Position numbers and translations under genes: made by a program. From Myxococcota bacterium (GTDB lineage Bacteria > Myxococcota_A > UBA9042 > DTJE01), in contig JAGOKF010000004.1 of assembly GCA_017994695.1 (NCBI GenBank), positions 10,218-74,217 of the forward strand: a stretch of 64,000 nucleotides of DNA, read 5' to 3'. The notes under the pieces are model-generated. The model ran no database searches and was not told the origin of the DNA. It saw only the letters and a list, made by a program, of their open reading frames with translations. Shown here piece by piece: positions 9,865 to 18,392 of this stretch. Position 1 is the stretch's first letter. Each line of letters opens with the position of its first letter.

Positions 9865-11724
9865 TCACTCCCGGACGAGCCTTCTGGCCTGGACCACCTC
9901 GGCCTTCAGTTCCCCGGACAGGCGTCCCAGGTCCTCCAGCGCCGCGGCCAGTTGCTCCCCGTCCTCCCCCGCGCCGCCGGGGATCCGTTCCATCACCTCG
10001 GGCAGCAGCCCGGTCAGGACGTCCAGTCCCGTGCGGAACTCGGAGATGGCGCCGTTGATCCGGTCGATCACCGCCTGCAGTTCCCCGGGCACGGGAACGG
10101 GAGCCGCGGCCTCGGCCGGTGCCGGGGCTGCCGGGGGCGCGGCCTCCAGCGCGGCGAGGCGCTGCTGGAGTTGTTCCCCGAACTCCCGGAGGCGGTCCCG
10201 TTCCGCCAAGACCTCCTGGAGGCGCCGCTGGAGATCGGCCACCTGACTCCGCAGGGCCTCCGTCTCCCCCGAGTCCGCCACCCGGGGCGCCGACTGGACC
10301 TTCTCCAATTCCTCCATCAACCGGGCCACCTTCTTCAGGGCGGCCCGGTTGGCGGCCTTCAGCTCGTCGATCTCGGAGGCCATCGCCTGGGCCGAAGCCC
10401 CCTGCCGCCTGGCGTCCTCCAGGGTCCCGTTGGCCTGTTTCAGGGCCTGGGACAGGTCCGCCACCTCGCGCTCCCGGGCCTCCAGCCTTGCCTGAAGGGT
10501 CGCCCGGTCCTCGTCGAACTGCCGTTTCAGGACCTCCCAGCGCTCCACTTCCTCGAGCAGGCGGTCCCGCTCCTCGGTGACCGCCGCCAGGGCCTGGCGG
10601 TCCTCCCCCTGGCGCTGGGCGGCCTCCTCCCGGAGCCTCTCGGCGGTCTCGGCCCGCTGCCGGAGCGCCTCGATCTCCCTTTCCAGCCCGGGAATCCGAT
10701 CCCGGGCCTGTTCCAGTTCCCGTCCCTCCTCCCTCGTCCGATCCATCTCCTGGACACGGAGCCTCAGGTCGGCCAGTTCCGCCTCCAGGGACTCCCGCCG
10801 GAGTTCGGCCTCCTCGGCCCTCCGGATCGCCTCGGCCCGATCCTGCTCCAGGACATCCCGCTCGGCCCGCAACCGCTCCCGGTCCGTTTCGGCCTCCTCG
10901 GCCCGCCGGACCGCCTCGTCCATCTCCTCCCGCAGGCGTCTTGCGTCCACTTCCAGCAGGCTCGACGACCGCTCCAGGCCCGCCAGCCGCTCCCGCAGCA
11001 CCGCGGCCTCCTGCAACTCGGCGGCCTGGTGTTCCACCACGCGGGTCAGGTCCTCGACCTGCGATTCCAGTTGCCGCAGACGCTGGCGTCCCTCCTCCAG
11101 GGCCGCCTCCTGTTCGGCCAGGCGTTTTCTCAGGGACTCCTCCGGCCCCTCCTCGGGCCGCCGTTCCGGCTCCCGCACCGCCTCCCCGATGGCCACCGGA
11201 GCCGCGGGCACGGGCGGGGCCCCCTCTTCCCGGAACACCACCTCGTCCGGTTCCAGCACCACGTCGGCGTCAGCGTACCCGATGGTCTCCATCGGGCTCG
11301 ACGGTCCGCCCTCCACCGGCGCCCGGGACCAGGATTCGGTCCCCCGGGGTCCGGGAGTCGCGGCGACGGGAACCTCCGGAACCGGGGGAGGGCCCTCTTC
11401 GGTGGCCTCCTCCCGGTCCTCCAGGTCCTCGGGGTCCAGTCGCACGGTGATCTGCATGGCCCCCAGGAAGACCTTCTCCCCGTCCTCCAGTTCGGCCTCG
11501 GCGACGCGCTCCTTTCCCACCCAGACCCCGTTGGCACTGCGGTTGTCCACCACCCGGACGACCCCGGCCTCCCACAGGAACCGAGCATGAACCCGGGAAA
11601 CGGTGTTGTTGCGGGTCCGGAGGTCGCAATCCTGCTGGCGTCCCACCACGACGACCGGACGGCCGGCCCCCAGGAACAGGGTCTGCTCGGTGCCGTCCTC
11701 CCCGGTGTAGATCAATCTGGCCAC
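9865..11724 (-). CDS. FHA domain protein with a very long Glu/Arg-rich coiled-coil region
   Basis: GTG start preceded by GGGAGGTGG. N-terminal FHA signature (GRQQDCDLRTRNNTVSRVHARF...DNRSANGVWVG). About 350 aa of heptad-like E/R/L-rich sequence with an internal duplication (EAVRRAEEAE / EAIRRAEEAE). Confidence 0.75.
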   Translation of the reverse strand: MARLIYTGEDGTEQTLFLGAGRPVVVVGRQQDCDLRTRNNTVSRVHARFLWEAGVVRVVDNRSANGVWVGKERVAEAELEDGEKVFLGAMQITVRLDPEDLEDREEATEEGPPPVPEVPVAATPGPRGTESWSRAPVEGGPSSPMETIGYADADVVLEPDEVVFREEGAPPVPAAPVAIGEAVREPERRPEEGPEESLRKRLAEQEAALEEGRQRLRQLESQVEDLTRVVEHQAAELQEAAVLRERLAGLERSSSLLEVDARRLREEMDEAVRRAEEAETDRERLRAERDVLEQDRAEAIRRAEEAELRRESLEAELADLRLRVQEMDRTREEGRELEQARDRIPGLEREIEALRQRAETAERLREEAAQRQGEDRQALAAVTEERDRLLEEVERWEVLKRQFDEDRATLQARLEAREREVADLSQALKQANGTLEDARRQGASAQAMASEIDELKAANRAALKKVARLMEELEKVQSAPRVADSGETEALRSQVADLQRRLQEVLAERDRLREFGEQLQQRLAALEAAPPAAPAPAEAAAPVPVPGELQAVIDRINGAISEFRTGLDVLTGLLPEVMERIPGGAGEDGEQLAAALEDLGRLSGELKAEVVQARRLVRE

Positions 11725-11767
11725 TGACCACCTCCCTCACGCCCCCGGCGGATCCTGGACCCGATCC

Positions 11768-12175
11768 CTACTCCCGGATTCGGAGGGCCCGGATCCTCCC
11801 CTCGGGCCTGCCTGCGGCATCCAGCAGGTCCCCCGCCAGAACGTGTCCCCCCATCCGACCACGGACCGTCCAGGGCTGGCGCATCTCGGAGCAGTCCAGG
11901 GCGGGGGTCTCGGGATCGATCTGGAACTCGATCCCGCCATCCTTCTGCTGGACGACGTTGCAGATCGCCAGGCGAGTGGTCGCCCCGCGATCGTCCAGCC
12001 ACACTGCGAAGGACCCTTTCTTCTGGAACTCCAGGGCCACCTGGAACAGCCTCCCTTCGAAACGCTCCCCGCTGCCCTGCCAACGGTCCCACAGGCCCGG
12101 AGCGCAGGCCGCTCCCGACAGGCAGATCCCTCCCACCAGCAGCAGCCGGACCCAGCGGACGATCCCCACCCTCAT
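11768..12175 (-). CDS. small secreted protein or lipoprotein, unknown function
   Basis: ATG at 12175 preceded by GGGAGG. Signal-like MRVGIVRWVRLLLVGGICLSGAAC. 43 nt upstream of the FHA gene. Confidence 0.5.
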   Translation of the reverse strand: MRVGIVRWVRLLLVGGICLSGAACAPGLWDRWQGSGERFEGRLFQVALEFQKKGSFAVWLDDRGATTRLAICNVVQQKDGGIEFQIDPETPALDCSEMRQPWTVRGRMGGHVLAGDLLDAAGRPEGRIRALRIRE

Positions 12176-12422
12176 GCTGACCTCCCACACGTTCCTTCCG
12201 GCCGGGGGTTCCCGGCCGATCCAGCGCAGACAACGGCGGTTCGAGAATAGCCTCCAAGCCCTTCCTCTGCAAGGCAGGCTGCCGGGGCTGCACAGTCCGC
12301 CGCCGGGCGGGAGTGCCGGCCGGGCGCCCAGGCGGACGCCGATGCCCGCGTGAAGAATGGAAATCCCCTGGAACGGTCGCGAAGACCCCGGACTCCGTCA
12401 CGAAACGGCCCCCGGGCGTTCG

Positions 12423-13889
12423 CTACCGGGTCAACCGGAAGGTGTCGATGACCTCGTGGGCCCCGTTGTAGGCAGTCCCGGAGAGGGTTCGGCCGTCGAC
12501 GTCGATCACCACGTAGTTCCGAATCTCCCCGTCGTAGGAGACGACCGTGAAGTCCGACTTCCCGTTGCCATAGGCCTTCTTCGAGTAGAACACTCCGGCG
12601 ACGATGTAGACCGTGCCGTCCCCGGCGTCGCGGATCTCTCCGCCCTTCAGAGGTTTGGTCCTTTCGTAGTTGTGGTCGTGGCCCGAAAAGGCCAGGTCCA
12701 CTCCGTAGCGGTCCAGGATCGGGACGATCAGCCGCTGGATGTAGTCGGTCGATCCGTGGACGTTGCAGGAGGAGTACGCGGGGTGATGGAACGCCACGAT
12801 CTTCCAGTCGATGTCCGGATCCTGGGAGGCCGCCGCGAGATCCTGCTCCAGCCAGGCGGCCTGCCGCTCGACCAGATACTCGCCGTTGCTGTCGATCCCC
12901 GCCACGTGGAGGTTGCCGTAGTTGAAGGACCACGCGCCCCGCTTCAGGTCGTCGTCCAGGGAAGACATCTCGGGGAAGGCGAACGATCCGAACAGGACCA
13001 GCGGCAGGATGTCGTGGTTCCCCCGGACGGAAATGAACGGGAAGTGGCGCAGGAGCGGAGCCATGGCCTCGAACCAGCCCCAGAGCTCCTCCTGGATGCC
13101 CACTTCGGTATGGTCGCCGCCGAACAGCCAGAACCCCATCCCCCGGGCGGTGTTGGAACGGAGGAAGGACAGTTGCTCGCCCACGTCGTCCATCCAGTTC
13201 TGGCTGTCCGATCCCCACAGGAACCGGAACGGCTGCCGGGACCCCTTCGGAAGGCCCGTCCGGAAATGGTAGGCCGGCGACACGTTGGGCCTCCGGAAGA
13301 CCCCCGTGGCGGGGTCCAGGGAGGTCCACGTCCCGACCCGGTAGTAGTAGGTCGTGTCCGGGTCGAGTCCCGTCAGGTCGACCGTCCAGATCAGCCCCTC
13401 CATCGTGTCCTCGTCGCACGCCCAGGTCTGGCAGTAGGGGGCCCCCACCCCCTCGTGGACCCACGCCGGATCGACCGGGATCGCCGGATCGTCGTCGAAC
13501 CGCGCGGGGTCCGCCCCGGGTACCTCCGAGGCCTTCACGACCCAGACCCTGGGGACGTAGGTCGCGGGATCCTTCCGCGGAGTCTCCCACTGGAGGGTCA
13601 CCGTGTTCGACGGGTCGTGCCGGAACGTGATGTGGACGTGCTGCGGCGCCAGGTCCGCGTCGGGATTCCAGTTTCCTCCCTCGGGGCTCCCGACGGGCCG
13701 GGCAACCGGCGCGTCGTTCCCCGGGACCTCCGCGACGTCGGGCGTTCCGGTCTCCCCCGCCACGTCCCGGGGGGACCCCGTCTGATCGGGCCCGCCCCCG
13801 CCCCGATCCTGGAACGCGCAGCCACCTGCTCCCGCGACGGACAGCCACAGAACGGTGATCAGCAGCCGGGAACCCTGCGTGCGCAACAT
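12423..13889 (-). CDS. metallophosphoesterase, purple-acid-phosphatase-like lipoprotein
   Basis: Signal peptide with ...GAGGC. Calcineurin-like motifs GDHTEVG, VRGNHD, GHDHNYER. N-terminal FN3/PAP-like region. GGAGGAGG SD. Confidence 0.75.
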   Translation of the reverse strand: MLRTQGSRLLITVLWLSVAGAGGCAFQDRGGGGPDQTGSPRDVAGETGTPDVAEVPGNDAPVARPVGSPEGGNWNPDADLAPQHVHITFRHDPSNTVTLQWETPRKDPATYVPRVWVVKASEVPGADPARFDDDPAIPVDPAWVHEGVGAPYCQTWACDEDTMEGLIWTVDLTGLDPDTTYYYRVGTWTSLDPATGVFRRPNVSPAYHFRTGLPKGSRQPFRFLWGSDSQNWMDDVGEQLSFLRSNTARGMGFWLFGGDHTEVGIQEELWGWFEAMAPLLRHFPFISVRGNHDILPLVLFGSFAFPEMSSLDDDLKRGAWSFNYGNLHVAGIDSNGEYLVERQAAWLEQDLAAASQDPDIDWKIVAFHHPAYSSCNVHGSTDYIQRLIVPILDRYGVDLAFSGHDHNYERTKPLKGGEIRDAGDGTVYIVAGVFYSKKAYGNGKSDFTVVSYDGEIRNYVVIDVDGRTLSGTAYNGAHEVIDTFRLTR

Positions 13890-13928
13890 GGAACCTCCTC
13901 CGCAGCCATGCCAGGAATCCTTCCGGTA

Positions 13929-15296
13929 CTACAGGTGCACCTGGAGCATCGTCAGGAACATGTCGTTCTGGAACGACCGTCCCTCCCGCTCCCTCCGGTT
14001 CACGTAGTTGATCGCCAGGTCCACCTGCCGCGCCAGGTGCAGCATGACCCCGAAGGTCAGCCACATCTTCTTCTGGTCCATCGCCAGGCCCGCGGTGTCG
14101 GCGAAATCCACCCGGATCTGGTCGTTGTTGTCCGCCTCTTCCACGCGGAACACGAGGTCGAGGATCGAAGGCCAGGCCTGGATCACCAGATCCGCGTGCC
14201 ATCCCGTGCCGCGGCAGGCCTTGCCGGCCTGGGTCCCCTCCCCGTAGTAGTCCTTGAAGAGCAGTTCGCCTTCCAGCGTGACGATGGACAGTTTGAGCCG
14301 CGCGTCCACGCCCAGGTAGCGCATCTCGGTCCTGGGGTCGTAGTTCTCCTTCGCCCAGGCGTAACTGCCGCCCAGCGACAGGTCGAAGAAGTCCCCGGTG
14401 GCGATCCCCGCCGCGTCGAGGATTCGATCGACGTGGAACACCAGCCGGCCGGAACCCATCAGGAACCGGGTGTCAGCGAGCTGCTCGTGGGCCTCCTTCG
14501 AGGTGTTGAACACCCCGCCGGTCAGCACCGCGACCTTCCAGGGATCCGACAGGGACACCGAGGCGCCGATCATCCGCTTCGGGAGCAGCGTGTCCAGCAG
14601 GGGCCGGTAGACCAGGGGCAACGCCGCGGTGGGCTTGAGGTTGGCCTGGCTGGCGGGCAGCTTGAGCCTGCCGACCTGGATGTCCAGCACCGAGTACCGG
14701 TTCCACCCGATCCAGACCTCCTTCAGGAAGTCGCTTTCGCTCTTGGTGCCGTCCTTCTCCCTGGGGACCCACTCGATGACGATCCCGTAGTGCAGGCCGA
14801 GGTCGTTGACCCTCCCCCGGAATCCGGTCTCCACGTTCTCCAGCACGAAACCCTCCCGGTGGCCCAGGAAGGTCCGCCGCAGTTCCCTGCTCGACCGCGC
14901 CCGCCCGGTTCCGTCGATGAAGGAATCCTCCCGCGTGGTCACGTAGAGCGGCCGCACGAACAGGATCGGCTCGAAGTAGGGGCTCACGTAACCGGCCTCG
15001 AAGGGCTGGGTCCGCCAGCGTTCCGCCAGGGGCTTCGGGACCTGGTGCCGCGGCAGGGAGGGGCCCTCCCATCGCAGGCCCTCGCCGACCAGTGCGGCGT
15101 GCAGTCCCTGGGGAGCCAGCCGCGTCCTCGCCGTCGTTCCCTGGGCGGCGGAAGGCCTCCCCGGATCCCCGGGGGTCTCCGCCGCCGGCGCCTTCGCCCC
15201 CGATGCCGGGGGCTCCTGGGCCAGGGCCTGCGTCCCCGGCAGGATTGCCGCGAACCACAGGGACAGGATCAGGGATGCCGCGCCGCTGCGAACCAT
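13929..15296 (-). CDS. phosphate-selective porin O/P-like outer membrane protein
   Basis: ATG at 15296 gives the signal peptide ...GTQALA-QE. Beta-strand-rich sequence resembling OprO/OprP-family porins by eye. Lies 39 nt upstream of the phosphatase. The rest of the 1087-aa track ORF is antisense to pepD. Confidence 0.6.
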   Translation of the reverse strand: MVRSGAASLILSLWFAAILPGTQALAQEPPASGAKAPAAETPGDPGRPSAAQGTTARTRLAPQGLHAALVGEGLRWEGPSLPRHQVPKPLAERWRTQPFEAGYVSPYFEPILFVRPLYVTTREDSFIDGTGRARSSRELRRTFLGHREGFVLENVETGFRGRVNDLGLHYGIVIEWVPREKDGTKSESDFLKEVWIGWNRYSVLDIQVGRLKLPASQANLKPTAALPLVYRPLLDTLLPKRMIGASVSLSDPWKVAVLTGGVFNTSKEAHEQLADTRFLMGSGRLVFHVDRILDAAGIATGDFFDLSLGGSYAWAKENYDPRTEMRYLGVDARLKLSIVTLEGELLFKDYYGEGTQAGKACRGTGWHADLVIQAWPSILDLVFRVEEADNNDQIRVDFADTAGLAMDQKKMWLTFGVMLHLARQVDLAINYVNRREREGRSFQNDMFLTMLQVHL

Positions 15297-15500
15297 CCTT
15301 GCCTCCGGGGGAAAGAATCCGGACCCCGCGTGCAACGCCCGGTTCGCCGGCGATGATGGAGAGCCCTTGCAACATTTCCCTGTTCGGAAGGCAACAACTT
15401 GGTGACAAGCGGCCGACAACGGCCTTGCGGGAAACCAGGAGGAATGGTGATAGACTGCAGTCCGCCGCTGGCACCGCCAGCCTACCCGACAGGAGGCCCC

Positions 15501-16949
15501 ATGTCCGAAATCGCCGCTCTTTCCCCGACGATCCTCTTCCGGCACTTCGATCGCCTGCTGGCCATTCCCCGGGGGTCCGGCAATGAGGCCGAAGCCCGGG
15601 AGTACGTGCTGTCCTGGGCCCGGGAAAAGGGATGGGACACCCGGACCGACGCCGTGGGAAACGTCGTCGTCGCGGTCCCGGCCACTCCGGGTCACGAAGC
15701 CGCCCCGACGGTGGTCCTCCAGGGCCACCTGGACATCGTCTGCGAGAAGCACTCCCACGTGGGCCACGACTTCCGCAGGGATCCCATCCCCGCATGGGTG
15801 GACGGGGACCTGATCCGGACCCGGGGGACGACCCTGGGAGCGGACAACGGCATCGGCGTCGCCGCGGCGATGGCCGTCGCCGAGGACCCCGAGACGGTCC
15901 ACGGCCCCCTGGAACTGCTGTTCACCATCGACGAGGAAACGGGCATGACCGGGGCCTTCGGGCTCCGGGGGGACATGCTGCGGGGACGCGTGATGCTGAA
16001 CCTGGACTCCGAGGACGAGGGGACCCTCTTCGTGGGATGCGCCGGGGGTGGCGACTCGATCCTGCACCTGCCGGTCACCCGGTCCCCGGCACCCCCGGAA
16101 GCCCGCTGTTTCGAGGTGGCCGTGTCCGGCCTGAAGGGCGGGCACTCGGGGCTGGACATCGACAAGAACCGGGGCAACGCCCTGAGGATCCTGGCCCGGG
16201 CCCTGGTCTTCGCCGCACCGGGGGACGACCTGGGCATCGCCGCGCTGAACGGCGGCAGCAAGCGGAACGCCATTCCCCGGGAGGCCCGGGCCGTGGTCTT
16301 CGTCCCCGGGTCCCAGGCCCCTTCCTTCGAGGCCCGGGTGGGCGAGTTCGCCGAGGTGATGCGGACGGAGTTGGGGGCTGCCGATCCGGGCCTCGAAATC
16401 CGGGTCTCCGAGGCGGCCGGGAGCGATCTTCTCCCGGTCGCCGGGTCCGGGACGCTGCTGCGCCTCCTGCTCGCGCTTCCCCACGGGCCCCTGGCGACGA
16501 GCAGCGAGTTTCCCGGACTGGTCCAGACCTCGACGAACCTGGCCATCGTGACCCTGGAGGGGAACGAGTGCCAGGTCGTCTGCAACAGCCGCTCCTTCAT
16601 CGGAACGGCGATGGAGGCCGTGCGGCAGGGAATCCGGGCCGCCGCCGAACTGGCCGGCGGCACCGCCGACCTGGTGGGGCAGTACCCGGGCTGGCGGCCG
16701 AACGTGGACAGCCCCGTGCTCCAGGTCTGCCGGGAGACCTGGCGGGAGGTGTCCGGCAGGGAGGCCCTGGTGACGGCGATCCACGCCGGGCTCGAGTGCG
16801 GAGTCCTCGGGGAACGGGTGCCGGGAATGGACATGGTCTCCTTCGGCCCCGACATCCGGGGCGCCCACTCCCCCGACGAGCACCTCTCCGTCTCCTCCAC
16901 CGGGAGGTTCTACGGCTACCTGAAGGCGGTCCTTTCGCGCCTCGCCTGA
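15501..16949 (+). CDS. pepD: aminoacyl-histidine dipeptidase (M20C, PepD)
   Basis: ATG at 15501 preceded by AGGAGG. Close resemblance to E. coli PepD blocks (LQGHLDIVCEK, RGTTLGADNGIGVA, FTIDEETGMTGA). Confidence 0.85.
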   Translation: MSEIAALSPTILFRHFDRLLAIPRGSGNEAEAREYVLSWAREKGWDTRTDAVGNVVVAVPATPGHEAAPTVVLQGHLDIVCEKHSHVGHDFRRDPIPAWVDGDLIRTRGTTLGADNGIGVAAAMAVAEDPETVHGPLELLFTIDEETGMTGAFGLRGDMLRGRVMLNLDSEDEGTLFVGCAGGGDSILHLPVTRSPAPPEARCFEVAVSGLKGGHSGLDIDKNRGNALRILARALVFAAPGDDLGIAALNGGSKRNAIPREARAVVFVPGSQAPSFEARVGEFAEVMRTELGAADPGLEIRVSEAAGSDLLPVAGSGTLLRLLLALPHGPLATSSEFPGLVQTSTNLAIVTLEGNECQVVCNSRSFIGTAMEAVRQGIRAAAELAGGTADLVGQYPGWRPNVDSPVLQVCRETWREVSGREALVTAIHAGLECGVLGERVPGMDMVSFGPDIRGAHSPDEHLSVSSTGRFYGYLKAVLSRLA

Positions 16950-16985
16950 CCCGGGTCCGCCCCGGTGTTTCGGGTCCGGCCGGTC

Positions 16986-17015
16986 TTGCGCGCGAGCGCC
17001 CCGTTCCCGTACGAT
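16986..17015 (+). promoter_or_regulatory. candidate sigma70-type promoter for the Cys-rich repeat gene
   Basis: TTGCGC-18 nt-TACGAT. The -10 lies about 25 nt upstream of the ATG at 17040, which has a GGGAGG SD. Confidence 0.35.
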
Positions 17016-17039
17016 TCCAGCGTTCACGGGAGGAATGCG

Positions 17040-18383
17040 ATGCCCAGAATCCAGGTCGTAGCGGTGCTGGCGATCCCGGTCGTCCTGGTCCTGCCGGGGC
17101 AGGCGACGGCCCAGTGTCCCGGCGGGGACAAGTGGATTTCCAACACCTGCGTGACGATCACCGCCACGGGGTGCTGCAACGACGCGGATCACGTCCGCTA
17201 CTGCTACAACGGGGTCCTCTGCGAACGGTACTGCTCGTCGGACTGGTGCGGATGGTCCTCCAGTACCTACACCTGCACGATCAGCCAGACCTCGGACCCG
17301 ACGGGCACCTTCCCCCGGAAATGCCCCTGCGACTGCACCGGGAAGGACTGCGGGGACGACGGCTGCGGGGGTTCCTGCGGGACCTGCACGGCCACCTACC
17401 AGTGGGAGTGCCGGCAGGGAATCTGCGTCTGCACGCCGGACTGCACCGGCCGGGAGTGCGGGTCCGACGGCTGCAGCGGGTCCTGCGGCGGCTGTCCGCC
17501 GGGCAAGATCTGCTCCCGGAACCAGTGCATCGACAAGCCCTGCACCCCGGCCTGCTTCGAGCGGGAGTGCGGATCGGACAAGTGCGGGGGGCTTTGCGGG
17601 ACATGCCCCCAGGGAGAGGTCTGCAACGAGTACAACGGCCAGTGTGTCGGGGCCGAGTGCACCCCGGCCTGCACGAACCGCCAGTGCGGCGACGACGGCT
17701 GCGGGGGTTCCTGCGGCGACTGCCCGAACGGGTTTTCCTGCAATGCCGCCGGAATCTGCCTGCCGGGTTCCTGCCAGCCGGACTGCCAGGGAAGGGAATG
17801 CGGACCCGACGGCTGCGGGGGTTCCTGCGGCGAATGTCCCTCCGACAAGGTCTGCGACACAGGGCCCGGTTCCTGCACGATTCCCGCATGCCTCCCGGTC
17901 TGCCAGGACCGGCAGTGCGGCGACGACGGCTGCGGAGGGGTGTGCGGCGTCTGCCGGAATCCAGAAATCTGCACCGAGACCTTCCAGTGCCTCGTTCCCT
18001 GCGAGCCGCGGTGCGAAGGGAAACAGTGCGGCGACGACGGCTGCGGAGGTTCCTGCGGTTCCTGCGGCGAGGGGCTTTATTGTGACGACAGTTCTCGTTG
18101 CCGGGCCGGCACGCCCCCGGACCCGGGCCCCGGGGAGGACGTTCCCGCCAACCCGGCGGACCGGGGTGGAACGGCGGACCAGGAGGACCGGGGGAGCGTG
18201 ACCCCTCCGGTCACCTGTCCCTCGGGAACCGTGCTGCGCTACGGGGCCTGCGTTCCCGTCGAGACCGGTGGAGGGAAGTCGGGGTGCGCGATGTCCGGGC
18301 GATCCTCCGGAACCCCGCCGCCGGTCCTGCTGGTGGTCCCGCTGGCGGTGCTGGCGGCGGCCAGGCGCCGCAGGCGGGCCTGA
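17040..18383 (+). CDS. secreted cysteine-rich repeat protein with MYXO-CTERM-like C-terminal sorting tail
   Basis: Signal peptide MPRIQVVAVLAIPVVLVLPGQATA. Seven tandem modules C-x2-C-x3-(E/D/Q)CG-x-DGCGGSCG-x-C. Tail is GC + hydrophobic helix + RRRRRA. Confidence 0.75.
   Translation: MPRIQVVAVLAIPVVLVLPGQATAQCPGGDKWISNTCVTITATGCCNDADHVRYCYNGVLCERYCSSDWCGWSSSTYTCTISQTSDPTGTFPRKCPCDCTGKDCGDDGCGGSCGTCTATYQWECRQGICVCTPDCTGRECGSDGCSGSCGGCPPGKICSRNQCIDKPCTPACFERECGSDKCGGLCGTCPQGEVCNEYNGQCVGAECTPACTNRQCGDDGCGGSCGDCPNGFSCNAAGICLPGSCQPDCQGRECGPDGCGGSCGECPSDKVCDTGPGSCTIPACLPVCQDRQCGDDGCGGVCGVCRNPEICTETFQCLVPCEPRCEGKQCGDDGCGGSCGSCGEGLYCDDSSRCRAGTPPDPGPGEDVPANPADRGGTADQEDRGSVTPPVTCPSGTVLRYGACVPVETGGGKSGCAMSGRSSGTPPPVLLVVPLAVLAAARRRRRA
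17328..18101 (+). repeat. seven tandem coding repeats (about 34-39 codons each) inside the Cys-rich gene
   Basis: Recurrent DNA and protein block ...tgcggcgacgacggctgcgggggttcctgcgg... = CGDDGCGGSCG, seen seven times with variable spacers. Confidence 0.8.
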
Positions 18384-18392
18384 TCCTCCCGG

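Noticed and set aside
15297-17192. N-terminal 630 codons of the 1087-aa minus-strand ORF 13929-17192
   Set aside because: This part is antisense to pepD and the pepD/Cys-rich intergenic region. A clean signal peptide starts at the internal ATG at 15296, so only 13929-15296 is called as the porin.
17328-18101. Regularly spaced DNA repeats, checked as a possible CRISPR array or satellite
   Set aside because: The repeats are in-frame coding repeats of the Cys-rich protein. The spacers are also coding and of variable length. No cas genes are present.
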